Under the pieces are notes generated by a model. That model saw only the letters and a program-made list of their open reading frames with translations, was not told where the DNA came from and made no database searches. A stretch of DNA of 64,000 nucleotides from Sphyrna mokarran. Taxonomy: Eukaryota. Shown here in pieces: positions 1-13,115 of this stretch. The stretch's first letter is position 1, and the number at the start of each line of letters is the position of its first letter. The stretch spans positions 90,024,001 through 90,088,000 of the forward strand of contig JAGIQG010000009.1 in the NCBI GenBank assembly GCA_024679065.1, given 5' to 3'. Both the position numbers and the translations under genes were made by a program.

Positions 1-705
1 AGATAGTAAGTCATTGAGTTCAAGAAGCATAGTGGAGGAATGCCCCTGTCTATATCAACAAGGATGAAGTGGAAATGCTGGAGAGTTTTTAAGTGTCCAG
101 ATCACCAACAACCTGTTCTGGTCCCTCCAAACTGATGCAATAGTGAAGCCTATCAAAAGCCTACCAACACCTCTCTCAGAAGGCTCAGGAAGTATGTCCA
201 CTATAACTCTCACCATCTTTTACAGCTGCATCTTAGAAAGCATTCTTTCTGGTTGTACCACAGCTAGGTATTGCACTTGCTCTGACCAAAACTCTAAGAA
301 ACTACAAAGGGTTGTGAACGAAGCCCAGTCTATCACACGAACGAGCCTCCCATTCACTGATTCTATCTACACTTCCCGATGCCTTGTAAAAGCAGCCAGT
401 ATAATCATGGACCCCATGACCTCAGACATATTCTTTTCCACCTTCTTTTGTTCGAAAAAATACAAAAGTCTGAGGTCAACCAACTCAAGAATAGCTTCTT
501 CCCTGCTACCAGACTTGTCAACGGATCTACCATATATTGTACTGACCTTTCTCGATACCCCAGTTACAACTGCAACACAACATTCTTCATCCTCTCCTTT
601 CCTTCTCCCCTATATACTCTATGAACATTATATTTTGTCTGTATAGCATGCAAGAAAAAATACTTTTCACTGTAGACAAATATGTGACAATAATAAATCA
701 AATCT
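1..705 (+). mobile_element. Rex1/Babar-type non-LTR retrotransposon, 3' fragment
   Basis: Decayed RT C-terminal region (LTIFYSCILESILSGCTTARY...KKLQRVVNEAQSIT...SIYTSRCL) followed by a tail ending aataataaatcaaat. Confidence 0.65.
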
Positions 706-2149
706 GCATGCTCAGTTTCAGTGACTTGTGTACAAGGACATGCACATCTCCTCTTTTAATTTATAGACATTCTGATAATAATCTGTCATCTGTTTTTGCT
801 ACCAAAGTGGATAACCTCACCTTTATCCGAATTATACTGCATCTGCCATTTATTTTCCCACTCACTCAACTTATCCAGATCATACTGAAGCATCTCTGCA
901 TCCATCTCACTGCTCACCATCCCACCCAACTTTGTCTCATCTCCAAATTTTGAGATATTACATTTAGTTCTCTCATCTAACCTACTCTGTTTCCTGTCTG
1001 CCAATCAGTTCGGTCCATCTCACTACCCTGAATCCCATGTACTTTAATTTTACATGCTAATCTTCTATATGAGACTTTGTCAAACACTTTTTTGAAAGTC
1101 CAAATCAACTACATCCACTGGCTCCTCTTCATCAACTCCACTAGTTACTCAAAGAATTCCAGTAAATTTGTCAAGCATGATTTCTTTTTCATAAATCCAT
1201 GGTGACTATGTCCTATTATGTCACTGTTTTCCGTTGTTGTTATTAAATCTTTTATAATGGACTCCAGAAAGCCTTTACTATCAATGTCAGGCTGACCTTT
1301 TTATAATTCCATTTTCTTTCTACCTGCCTTTTTAAAAAATGAGGTTACAATTAGCTACCTTTCTATCTGTAGGAACTGTACCAACATCTATATCATCTTG
1401 GAAGATGGTCACCAATCTCTCCATTATTTCTAGAGCCACTTCCTTCTATATCTGGGTATGTAGATTTTCAGGCCCTGGAGATTTATTAGTAATGGTCCCC
1501 AATCCATTGTAGTCAACTCACATCTCATACTATCGTAGCTTCCTTTATTAAGATTCAGGATCTGAGCCTCAGAATCAATTACATTACTCTTTATCTTGAT
1601 GAAGAATTCCATCATATTATGGTCATTTATCTCCAATGGGTCTTAAACAACTAGGTTGCCAATTATTTTCTCATTACACAGAACCCAGTCAAGAGTGGCA
1701 GTTCTCCTGTTGGTTCCTCAACGTATTAGTTCAAAAAATCATCACATACTATCCAGGAATTCCTCCAAGGTATTGTTACTAATATTGATTTGTCCAATCT
1801 ATATGTAGATTAAAGTCATTCATAATTACAGCTGTTCCTTATCGCGTGTCTCTAATTTCCTGTTCAATGCCACTCCCAACATCATGACTCCAGTTTGGGT
1901 TTATATACAACAGTCACTAATGCTTTTTGCCCCTTGGCATTTCTCAGTTCTACCCATACAGATTCCACATCATCGGACTGAATATCATTCCTTACTGTTA
2001 CATTAAATTTCTTCTTTAACCAGAATGCAACTCTACTGTCTTTTCCTTTTCGTCTGTCCTCCCTAATTACTGAATATCTCTGGATGTTTGATTCCTAGTA
2101 AAAATCTAGCAACACCAATTTTAAATCCAACCGATTTATTTGATAGTAA

Positions 2150-2188
2150 ATTTGCGAGCTTTCAACACTCTGTCTTCGTCAGGCAAAT
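2150..2188 (-). ncRNA. Minimal type-I hammerhead ribozyme motif in the second (inverted) pLTR
   Basis: Reverse complement atttgcCTGACGAaGACAgagTGTTGAAAgcTCgcaaat; same fold as 6382-6420 with a G-U pair closing stem II. Confidence 0.72.
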
Positions 2189-2289
2189 GCAGTGTTCTGG
2201 TCTGCAATAGCACACATATCAACACAGACAATCACGGATTGCTGATTAGAATGCGAATCCTTACATCTAACCTGCTATTCAAGTGTTAA

Positions 2290-3950
2290 CATAGAACATA
2301 GAACATTACAGCACAGAACAGGCCCTTCGGCCTTCGATGTTGCGCCGACCAATATAAAAAGCAATGCCCCTCCAAACTAAACCATTCCCTTCTCTTCCAT
2401 ATACTTATCAACTAACCTCTTAACGCCACCAAACTTGGCGCATCTACAACTGCTGCAGGCAGGGCATTCCACTCCCGAACCACCCTTTTGGTAAAGAACC
2501 TACCTCTGATATCCGTCCTATAACTATCACCCCTTAATTTAAAGCTGTGTCCCTTCGTGCTAGCTTTTTCCATCCTAGGAAAAAGGCTATCACTATCCAC
2601 CCTATCTATACCTCTAATCATCTTATATGTTTCGATTAGGTCCCCTCTTAGCCGCCTCCTTTCTAACGAAAACAACCTCAAATCCCTCAGCCTCTCTTCA
2701 TAAGACCTGCCCTCCATACCAGGCAACATCTGGTAAACCTCCTCTGTACCCTCTCCAATGCCTCCACATCTTTCTTATGTGGGGACCAGAACTGCACACA
2801 ATACTCCAAGTGCGGCCGCACTAGAGTTTTGTACAGTTGCAACATGACGTTGCGGCTCCGAAATTCAATCCCTCTACCAATAAAAGCCAAGACTCCATAT
2901 GCCTTCCTAACACCCTTCTCGACCTGACTGCCTACTTTCAGGGATCTATGCACATACACACCAAGATCCCTCTGTTCATCTATACTACTAAGAATCCTAC
3001 CATTTGCCCTATACTCTACACATTTATTATTTCTGCCATAGTGCATTACCTCACACTTTTCCACATTAAACTCCATTTGCCACCTCTCGGCCCAGCTCTG
3101 CAACTTGTGCAAGTCCCTCTGCAAACTATAACACCCCTCTTCACTATCTACCACTCCACCGACTTTAGTGTCATCTTCAAATTTACTAATCCATCCTTCA
3201 ATACCCTCATCCAGATCATTTATAAAAATTACAAACAGCAGGGGCCCCAAAACAGCCCCCTGAGGTACACCACTTGTCACCGAACTCCACGATGAATATC
3301 TCCCATCAACCACCCCCCTCTGTCTTCTATCTGCTAGCCAATTCCTAATCCAATTAGCTAAATCACCCTCTATCCCATACATCTGCATTTCTGCAGAAGT
3401 CTTCCATGGGCCACCTTATCAAACGCCTTACTAAAGTCCATATATACCACATCAACCGCCTTACCCCCATCCACCTCCTTAGTCACTATTTCAAAAAACT
3501 CAATGAGGTTAGTAAGGCACGACCTACCCTTCACAAAACCATGCTGACTATCCCCAATCAATTCATTTCTCTCTAAATATCTATAAATCCTATCCCTAAT
3601 AATTCTCTCCAATACCTTGCCCACAACAGAAGTAAGACTCACTGGCCTATAATTCCCTGGAAGGTCTCTCTTCCCTTCTTGAACAACGGGACCACATTCG
3701 CTATCCTCCAGTCCTCCGGAACCACACCCGTAACCAACGACGACCTGAAGATCAGAGCCAGAGGCTCTGCAATCTCCTCTCTTGCCTCCCAGAGAATCCT
3801 AGGGTAAATCCCGTCCTGCCCAGGGGACTTATCCAACTTCAAACCCTCGAGAATATCTAGCACATCCTCCCTATCTACTTCGATACCTTCCAGTTTGCTA
3901 CCCTGTACCTCAGTGTTCTCCATAACTACATTTACATCACCCTGCGTGAA
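2290..3950 (-). mobile_element. CR1/HER1-type LINE, 5'-truncated, inserted inside the Penelope pLTR
   Basis: RT ORFs ([29 protein letters not shown]), (gttctat)n tail at 2290-2310; pLTR sequence resumes at 3951. Confidence 0.93.
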
Positions 3951-6381
3951 TAAAGTGGCTAACAATGCGTGTGAAGGGAACCCTGAGCATTGGTTAGAGA
4001 ATTGTGTGTTTTCTCCAGACAGCACAGTAAGTGAGGTTTTTTGCTAACCCAGGCAAGTTACGGGGGTTACAGATAGTGTGACATGAAGCCATTATCCCTA
4101 TTAAGACCGTCCTCATGTGTGCGGAACTTGGCTATCAGTCTCTGCTCAGCGACTCTGCACTGTCATGTATCACGAAGGCCCCCTTGAAGAACATTTACCT
4201 GCAGGTCGGAGGCCGAACGCCCGTGACTGCTGAAGTGTTCACCCACAGGAAGGGAACTGTTTTGCCTGGTGATCGTTGAGCGATGCTCATTCATCCGCTG
4301 TTGTAGTGTCTGCGTGGTCTCCCCAATGTACTATGCTTCGGGACATCCTTTCTTGCAAGGTATTAGGTAGACAATGTTGGCCGAGTTGCAAGAGTATGTA
4401 CCATGTACCTGGTGAATGGTATCCTCACGTTTGATGATGTCGTCCATGTCTATGATCTGGCATGTCTTGCAGAGGTTGCTGTGGCAGGGTTGTGTGGTAT
4501 TGTGGTCACTGTTCTCCTGAAGGTTGGGTAGTTTGCTGCGAACAATGATCTGTTTGAGGTTGTGCGGTTGTCTGAAAGCAAGAAGTGGGGGGGTGGGGAT
4601 GGCCCTAGCGAGATGTTCATCGTCATCAATGATATGTTGAAGACTCCGGAGAAGATGTCGTAGCTTCTCTGCTCCGGGGAAGTACTGGACAACAAAGGGT
4701 ACTCTGTCCACCGTGTCCCGTGTTCGTCTTCTGAGGAGGTCAGTGCGGTTTATTGCTGTGGCACGTCGGAACTGTCGATCGATGAGTCGAGCGCCATATC
4801 CTGTTCTCACGAGGGCATCCTTCAGCGTCTGGAGGTGTCTGTCACGATCCTCCTCATCTGAGCAAATTCTGTGTATACGGAGGGCTTGTCCATAGGGAAT
4901 GGCTTCTTTAACGTGTCTAGGGTGGAAGCTGGAGAAGTGGAGCATTGTGAGGTTGTCTGTCGGTTTGCGGTACAGTGAGGTGCTGAGGTGACCGTCCTTG
5001 ATGGAGATGCGTGTGTCCAAGAATGCAACTGATTCTGGAGAATAGTCCATGGTGAGTCTGATGGTGGGATGGAACTTGTTGATATCATCATACAGTTGTT
5101 TCAATGATTGTTCACCATAAGTCCAAAGGAAAAAGATGTCATCAATGTATCTAGTATATAACCTTGGTTGAAGATCTCATGTGGTGAAGAAGTCTTGTTT
5201 GAACCTGTGCATGAAAATGTTGGCATACTGAGGTGCGAATTTGGTCCCCATGGCTGTTCCATGTGTCTGGATGAAAAGCTGATTGTTGAAGGTGAAGACA
5301 TTGTGGTCCAAGATGAAGCGGATGAGTTGTAAAATTGCATCCAGAAACTAGCAGTTGTTGGCATTGAGTACTGAGGCAGTTGCAGCAATACCATCGTCGT
5401 AGGGGATGTTGGTGTAGAGCGCCGAGACATCCATTGTGACAAGGAGTGTCCCTGGTTCTACTGCTCCATGTGTGCTGAGTTTCTGTAGGAAGTCCGTAGT
5501 GTCAAGACAAAAGCTGGGGGTTCTTTGTACAATGGGTTTCAGGATGCCCTCAATATAGCCAGAGAGGTTCTCACACAGGGTCCCATTGCCCAAAATGATG
5601 GGACAGCCGGGTATGTTTGCCTTGTGTATCTTTGGGAGGCAGTAGAGATCTCCAATGCGGGGAGTACGTGGAATGAGAGCCCGGAGGGTGTTCTGAAGGT
5701 CCTGATCAAAGGTTTTGATCAGATTGTTGAGTTGACGAGTGTGTTCTTTGGTTGGATCTGCTGGTAACTGTCTGTAGTGTTTCACATTGTTTAGTTGTGG
5801 GTACACTTCTTCACAATAGTCCATTCTGTTCAGTATGACGGTGGCGCCTCCTTTGTCTGCTGGTTTGATGACAATGTTGCGGTTGGTCTTGAGAGCACGG
5901 ATGGCCTTGCTTTGTGCTTGGGTGATGTTCGGGACGGTCTTGTAAGTGCGGTTGATGAATCTGGTGTTCACGCACCTTCTGATGGCTTGGGCATATATGT
6001 CCAGTCGGGGGCAGCGGTCTTCCGGAGGAGTCCAATTGGATTCATTCCTCTTCGGTTGCTGCACTGCAGATCCCTCTGTCGGCTGTCCTGGTTCACTAGC
6101 TGTCTCAATGTATCCAATTGGACTCTTCCGGAAGGCCGCTGCCCCAGACTGGACATGTATACCCAAGCCATCAGGAGATGCGTGAACACGAGATTCATCA
6201 ACCGCACTTACAAGACAGTCCCGAACATCACCCATCCCGAACATCACTCAGGATTCCCTTCACACACATTATTAGCCACTTTAAGACTTGAATAGCAGGT
6301 TAGATGTAAGGATTTGCATTCTAATCAGCAATCTGTGACTGTCTGTGTTGATATGTGTGCTATTGCAGACCAGAACACTGC

Positions 6382-6420
6382 ATTTGCCTGACGAAGACAG
6401 AGTGTCGAAAGCTCGCAAAT
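6382..6420 (+). ncRNA. Minimal type-I hammerhead ribozyme motif in Penelope pLTR
   Basis: atttgc-CTGACGA-a-GACA(gag)TGTC-GAAA-gc-TC-gcaaat: 6-bp stem I (atttgc/gcaaat), 4-bp stem II, palindromic AGCT stem III. One extra A follows the CUGANGA box. Confidence 0.75.
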
Positions 6421-8479
6421 TTACTATCAAATAAATCTGTTGGATTTAAAATTGGTGTTGCTAGATTCTTACTACCCCAGTCCAACGCTGGCATCTCTAC
6501 ATCATGTTTGATTCCTATCCATGGTCACACTGTAGGCATGTCTTCGTAATCCCGATTACATCATTCCTCTTTCCACCTATTGATTCTTACCCTTGGTTTC
6601 TCTGCTAATCACTTTCTTGATCCTCTCTGTCTTTTGTTCTTACCTTGTTTCCTTGTTTTAAAGCTCAGTCATTGTTACTGATGCATACCATGACCATTGG
6701 CCATTCAGCCTCCTCCTCCAGAATGTCCTGCAGCTGCTCTGAGATCTCCTTGACGCTTGCACTAGGAGGCAACATGCCATTTTGGTGTCTTGTTTGCAGC
6801 CACAGAAATGCCTATCTATGTCTCTTACCATTGAATCCTTTGTAACTATTGCATTCCCACATTTTCTCCTTCTTTCCTGTGCAGTAGAGCCAAACACATG
6901 GCAATAAATTATGCTGAGAGGCCATTCCTGTCAACAGTATCCAAGTAGTATATATTTTGTAGGGGAATGGTCACAGGAGATTCCTGCACTACCTACTTAG
7001 TGGTCATGCATTCCCTTCTTGCCTGTAGAGTTTGGGTTTGCAATATAACTACCTCTCTGTACATGCTATTCACAATACTCTCCCCAGTGTCCCAAGACAC
7101 TGCTCCAGCTCCAAAATCTGGACTTCCAGGAGCTGCAGCTGGAGATATTTCCTACATACATGCTGGCCTCATGCATTGAAAAGCATTCCCAGCTTCCCAT
7201 ATTGTGCAGGTGGCACATACCCTAGCTTTCAGCTTTCCTGCCATGACTTACCACTTTAAATTAAACCATTTGGGAGATACTTAAAATCAAATATTAATTA
7301 CTCTAGTATCCTTCTTCCCTGGTCCTCTATTGTAGAAAAATAGCCTAGACAAACTATAAACGCCAAAATAAAGACCTTATAAATTATAATAAGTAGTAAA
7401 TACTTAGTCGGCTCAGTGGTTTGCAATACCCCAGGTCATTTTTGAATCCTGTTGTCACCTCAAGAGCTCCAAACCAGTGCTCAGATTTCTTCCTGCACTC
7501 TTGCTCTGCTTTCAATCTCCTCTCATATCCTCTTCTACATGCTGGTAACTGTCTGTTCCAGTTTCCTCTTCTCACACTCTCCTCTAGGTGCTGCTGACTG
7601 TCCTTTCCCATGGCCTCTTCCCACACTTTCCTCTAGATGCTGCTGAATGTCTGTCCCAGTGCCCACCTCTCGTACTCTTGCTATCTGTCAGCCCAAATCT
7701 GAATCTTGTCCTGTCCTTGATGTATGTGAACATGAACTGCTTCTGCACAGTTATCTTTTTGAAAATAAACCTCCACCAAGTCATTAAGCAAAAAAAATGC
7801 CATCAAAATAAAATCAAAAGATTACATACAGACCAGCAGGCAACATTATTGTTTTAGTTATGAAGACTAGACTTTGAATTGATACAAGGTGATCCAGCAA
7901 AATATAAACTGCTTTTCCTGGAAAATTGACTATAAAGGAGCTTCACATAATGGAAAATTACTTGGGAAAGCAGAATAATTTTCTGGGAATATACAAATCA
8001 CGGTTTAAACTAAGACAGTAGGATATAATTGGGTATTCTGCTTTTAAACAAAGTTTCAGAGGACAGTTTGGTTTGCCACTATAGTAAACCCATTCTCCTG
8101 AAAAGGAGTAAACATTGAACCTGTTATAGCCCTGTACAACAGTCAAGAAGAAAATATTTTTAATTGTCATTCAGAGATTTTAGGAGAGAGAGTAAAGTTT
8201 TAGGTGACTGTAAAGTTAATAGCATTTTTGCATTAGGTATTGATGAAGATTCAACATGTTGGAAGAAAACATTCTAGAGAGGGGACACATTGTGTTTGGT
8301 AAGTGGTAAAGTTGCTAAAGCAATAATGCAGAGACCCGATCTAATATCTGGGGACATCCTACCACAACAGTTGATGGAGTTCAATGTTTTAAAAACGTTT
8401 AATGGAAAGCCAGTCTATTTCATTGATCAAAACCGTGTTCATTAATGCCTTTAGGGAAAGAAATTTTTTATTCTTTTTT

Positions 8480-8640
8480 TGTCTGACCTCACTGGACCAC
8501 AGATAAACAACGTGGTTAACTCTTGATTGCTGCCTGAAATTGTTTAGCAAGTCACTCACTTCAAAGGCAATTGGAGATGGGCAACAAAATCTGACCCTGT
8601 CAATGACTCTCACATCCCATGATAGCATAAAAAAATTCCT
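8480..8640 (+). mobile_element. Degenerate SINE 3' part (Deu/SacSINE-like)
   Basis: aaggcaattggagatgggcaacaaaat...cacatcccatgatagcataaaaaaa resembles the tail of Deu-domain SINEs of sharks. Confidence 0.45.
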
Positions 8641-8939
8641 GGTGGGAAAGATTAGTGAATGTTTAATTTGCTGTGGGTAAAGCAACAAAGCTGTTGCTGT
8701 TTTTTTCACCTTTCTCAACCTGCTAGATCTATAATCATTTTTGTAGTCACTTTCATTTTTCTACATGCATTTCAGATTAGTGTCCATGTTAAACCTGTTG
8801 CCATGGATACAAATATTGAGGGCCGAAGGGCCTGTACTGCGCTGTAATGTTCTATGTTCAAATTAACTTAACTATTACATGTAATAACATTGCGAGAGCG
8901 TCATTTGTACTCTTGTACCTTGCAGATCTATAAAAACTG

Positions 8940-9135
8940 TGAAAAGTAAAGTTGCTATAGTCCGAGATGACTATAGACTCCTCTGCTCGAAGGGGAAAGC
9001 TGAGTGGTGATAATTTAACCTGATGATCACCACACCTCAGGCAAGGGGCAAGGCTGCGAAGGGGAGCGTCAGCTGGTACAGGAATTGAACCACTGCAATA
9101 GGTTTCACTCTGCATAATGAACCAGCCATCAGAGC
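8940..9135 (-). mobile_element. tRNA-derived SINE
   Basis: Minus-strand A-box-like (tggctggttca) and B box (ggttcaattcc) followed by a body ending in a (cttta)n-like tail. Confidence 0.55.
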
Positions 9136-9469
9136 CTATAAAAATTGCAAAAGCCTACAGTCTCTGGATTTGGGCATAGGGTACAAACGGCCCTGGGCTT
9201 TGGTGCAAGTGGTCACTGGATTCAATGCCACAGTGAAGCTATTGCAAACATTGTCACATTAGTCATAAATGATGAAGATGAATGATCAGGTCTATTGTTG
9301 CAGCTGCAAATATCTATGATGAACTGGAGAAGTTACTCCTTCACTGCAAACAACTTACGAGACAGATCTGATTTTCCCAACTAAACAAGGAATTTAATGA
9401 CCATCAGTCCCCTCACTCCAACACACACAGCAGATCAGTACAAACACCTGGTACAGGATCAATAAATTA

Positions 9470-9975
9470 CATATAGGAACAATATGAACTGGAGCAGCAG
9501 CAGGCCACTCAGCCCTTCGAGCCTGCTCCACCATTCAATATGATCATGACACTGTAATCTCAACCCCACATTTCTATCAACCCCTGATAATCTCTCACCC
9601 TCTTGTTAATCAAGAAACTATCTAGCTCTGCTTTAAAAGTTTCTGCTTCAGCTGTCTTTTGATGAAGAGTGTCAGACACTCATGGCTCTCAGAGAAAGAA
9701 AATCCTCCTTTCTGTTTTAAATGAGTGCCTCCTTATTTTTAAACAGTAGCTCCTAATTCTAAATCCTCTGACAAGAGGCACCATCCTCTCCATATCCACC
9801 CTGTCATTACCTCTCAGGACTTAAGGACTTTGATGAAGTCACCTAAACTCTTCTAAACTCCAGCCTAGCCTTTTGAACCTTTCCTCATAAGTTAACCCTT
9901 CCATTTCTGCTCATAGACTTGTAAATCTTCTCTGAACTGCTTCCAACATATTTATATCTTTCTTTAAATAAGGAA
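9470..9975 (-). mobile_element. CR1 LINE 3' end
   Basis: CR1 C-terminal coding remnant and 3'UTR/tail (ggagcag...ggccactcagcccttcgagcctgctccacc). Confidence 0.75.
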
Positions 9976-10367
9976 AGTCAGAGGGCACAGTGAATGTAAT
10001 GGCCATCCCTAAGGAGAAAGTTCTGGGGAAACTGAAAAGTGGGAAGATGGATAAATCATCTGGACCGGACAACATCCCAGTGTTCTAAAAGAGATAGCTG
10101 AGGAAATTGTGGAGACATTGGTGGTGATCTTTCAGGGATCACTGAAGGCAGGCTTTCAACACTGGAAAGTAGCTAACGTAACACCGCTGATTAAAAAGGG
10201 AGGAAGCTGACAGAAAAGCCTGATTTTGGTCATTAGTAAGATTTTAGAGTCCGTTATTGAAGATGAGATTGCTGAATACTTGGAATGATAAAATAGGACC
10301 GAGTCAACACGGCTTCGTCAAGGGGAGGTCATGTCTGACAAATCTGTTAGAGGTCTTTGAGGAAGTA

Positions 10368-10847
10368 CATAGAACGTAGAACATTATAGTGCAGTACAGG
10401 ACATTTGGCCGTCGATGTTGCGCCGACTAATGGCACTAATCTAATGACCCTCTAATCTAAACTATTCCAATGTTATCCATATGCCTATCCACTGATCCAT
10501 TTGAACACCCTTAAAGTTGGTGAGTCCACAACTGCTGCAGACAGAGCATTCCACGCCCTTATTACCCTCTGGGTAAACAGCCTACCTCAGACATCCATCC
10601 TATAACTACCACCCCTTAAGTTAAAGCTACGTCCCCTCGTGTTAGCCATCACCATCTGAGGAAAAGGGCTCTGATCGTCCACACTATCTAATTCTCTGGT
10701 CATTTTATATGCTTTATTAAGTCACCTCTTAATCTTCTCTCTAACAAAAACAGCCTCAAGTCCCTCAGCCTTTCCTCATAAGACCTTCCCTCCATACCAG
10801 GCAACATTCTGGTAAACCTCCTCTGCACCCTTTCCAATGTTTCCAAT
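10368..10847 (-). mobile_element. CR1/HER1 LINE 3' fragment
   Basis: HER1-type tail (catagaac repeats) plus ORF2 C-terminus. Confidence 0.88.
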
Positions 10848-11233
10848 CCTGGCATGGATAGAGGATGGGCTTACTGGCAGAAGGCAGAGAATGGGAATTA
10901 AGGGGTTCTTTTCAGGATGGCAGCCGGTGACTAGTGGTGTGCCTCAGGGGTCAGTGTTGGGAACAAAGCTTTTCACAATATATTAACGATTTGAAAAGAA
11001 AAACTGAAGGCACTGTTGCTAAGTTTGCAGATGATACAAAGATACGTGGAGGGACAGGTTGTATTGAGGAAGCAGGGGGATTGCAGAAGGATTTGGACAG
11101 ATTAGAAGAGTGGGCAAAGAAATGGCAGATGGAATACAATGTGGAAAAGTATGAGGTTATGCACTTTGGAAGGAGGAGTGGAGGTACAGACTATTTTCTA
11201 ATTGGGAAAATGCTTCAGAAATTGGAAACACAA

Positions 11234-12400
11234 AACATAGAACATAGAACATTACAGCGCAGTACAGGCCCTTCGGCCCTCCATGTTGCGCCGGCCAGTG
11301 GACCCTCTAACCTAAACTATTCCAATATCATCCATATGCCTATCCACTGACCATTTGAATGCCCCCAAAGTAGGCGAGTCCACAACTGCTGCAGGCAGGG
11401 CATTCCACCCCCTCACCACCCTCTGTGTAAAGAACCTGCCTCTGACATCCATCCTATAACTACCACCTCTTAATTTAAAGTTATGTCCCCTCGTGTTGGT
11501 CATCACCATCTGAGGAAAAAGGCTCTCACTATCCACCCTATGCAATCCCTTGATCATCTTATACGCCTCAATTAGGTCACCGCGTAACCTTCTTCTCTCT
11601 AAGGAAAATAACCTCAGGTCCCTCAGCCTTTCCTCATAAGGCCTTCCCACCATACCAGGCAACATCCTGGTAAACCTCCTCTGCACCCTTTCCAATGCTT
11701 CCACATCTTTCTTATAATGCGTCGACCAGAACTGTACGCAATACTCCAAGTGCGGCCGCACCAGAGTTTTGTACAGTTGTAACATAACCTCAAGGCTCCT
11801 AAATTCAATCCCTCCACAGGGATTGCTAACACACTGTACACCTTCTTAACAACTTTATCAACCTGGGTGCAAACTTTCAAAGAGCTATGTACTTGTACCC
11901 CAAGATCCCTCTGCTCAACAACACTATTAAGGGTCCTTCCATTAGCCCTATATTTCATATGCCTGTTATTCCTACCAAAGTGAATCACCTCACACTTATC
12001 CGTATTGAATTCCATTTGCCACCTCACGGCCCAGCTCTGCAACCTATCGATGTCCCTCTGCAAACTGTAACATCCATCCTCGCTGTCTACAACTCCCCCC
12101 ACTTTGGTATCGTCAGCAAATTTACTAATCCAACCCTCTACACCCTCATCTAGGTCATTTATAAAAATGACAACAGCAGTGGCCCCAAAACAGATCCTTG
12201 AGGTACACCACTTGTAACTGCACTCCAGGTTGAATATTTCCCATCAACCACCACCCTCTATCTTCTATCAGCTAGCCAATTCCTAATCCAAACTGTTAAA
12301 TCACCTTCAATCTCATGCATCTGCACTTTCTGCAGTAGCCTACCATGGGGAACCTTATCAAACGCTTTGCTAAAATCCATATACACTACATCAACTGCCT
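11234..12400 (-). mobile_element. CR1/HER1 LINE, 5'-truncated
   Basis: ORFs 11312-11785 and 11623-12102 (LYKTLVRPHLEYCVQFWS, WQMEFN); tail at 11234-11255. Confidence 0.93.
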
Positions 12401-12520
12401 AAAAGGACTTGAGAGTCGTTGTTCAAGATTCTCTTAAGATTAATGGGCAGATTCAGTCGGCGGTTAAGAAGGCAAATGCAATGTTGGCTTTCATGTCGAG
12501 AGATCACATTAAGATACTAG

Positions 12521-13115
12521 TGTGATATTGTATGAGTGAAGTAGTGGCTTGATGGGAAAATTGGACAAGTATTTGTTACAAAGGAAAACTGACTCTACAT
12601 AATCTAAGACATGAATGAAACCAGACAAGGCCAAATGCCTGACCTCAGTCTGTCTTGGTAAGATTGACTCCACATACCCTGGGACTACATACTCAAAACA
12701 AGATAAGGTCAGAGTCACAGAACCTTCTATTACATCAGAAAACAAGATATGGTCAGAGATCACAATGCCTTTCTGCTCCTTCAAAGGGTAAGATAATGAT
12801 ATTATTGATGAGACAGAGGGTCTCGGAGGTCACCGGATCATAATACAATTAATGATGTATTACCGCTTGTATTACTAATTGAATTCCTGAAGCCACATAA
12901 GCTGATAAGAAGAAGGTATAACTATTGAACTGATTCTTGTAGTTGGCATGATCTTGGGATAGATTCAGCAGTTTGTGTGGACTGCTCTCTGTTTCCAAGA
13001 TTTTGCCAAAACTGCATCCAGTCTTTCAGAAATAAAGCTAAGTTGTTTTGTTAGAACGAACTTTGTTGAGTCTCTCCATCACAGTCAAGAAGCAGGGAAA
13101 ATTTCCACTACAACA
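12521..13115 (+). mobile_element. Putative solo LTR
   Basis: 595-bp non-coding segment bounded by TG...CA, interrupting a CR1 reading frame; aataaa at ~13031; flanks ctag/gtag (imperfect 4-bp TSD). Confidence 0.55.

Larger units (their letters stand above)
2098..6503 (-). mobile_element. Penelope-like retroelement (RT + GIY-YIG) with inverted pLTRs and 14-bp TSD
   Basis: ORF fragments IVIKPADKGGATVI, YCLPKIHK, MDVSALYTNIP, RYIDDIF, LYRKPTD, and a Cys-rich GIY-YIG region (in-frame stops present). pLTR copies at 2098-2289/3951-3990 and 6248-6503 are inverted. TSD atgtttgattccta at 2084-2097 and 6504-6517. Confidence 0.92.
706..7330 (-). mobile_element. Old CR1 LINE (RT, endonuclease and ORF1 remnants), split by the Penelope insertion at 2098-6503
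   Basis: ORF 786-1004 reads ISKFGDETKLGG...LQYDLDKLSEW...WQMQYN; endonuclease remnants to 2097 resume at 6518; ORF1-like remnants at 6650-7250. Confidence 0.75.
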
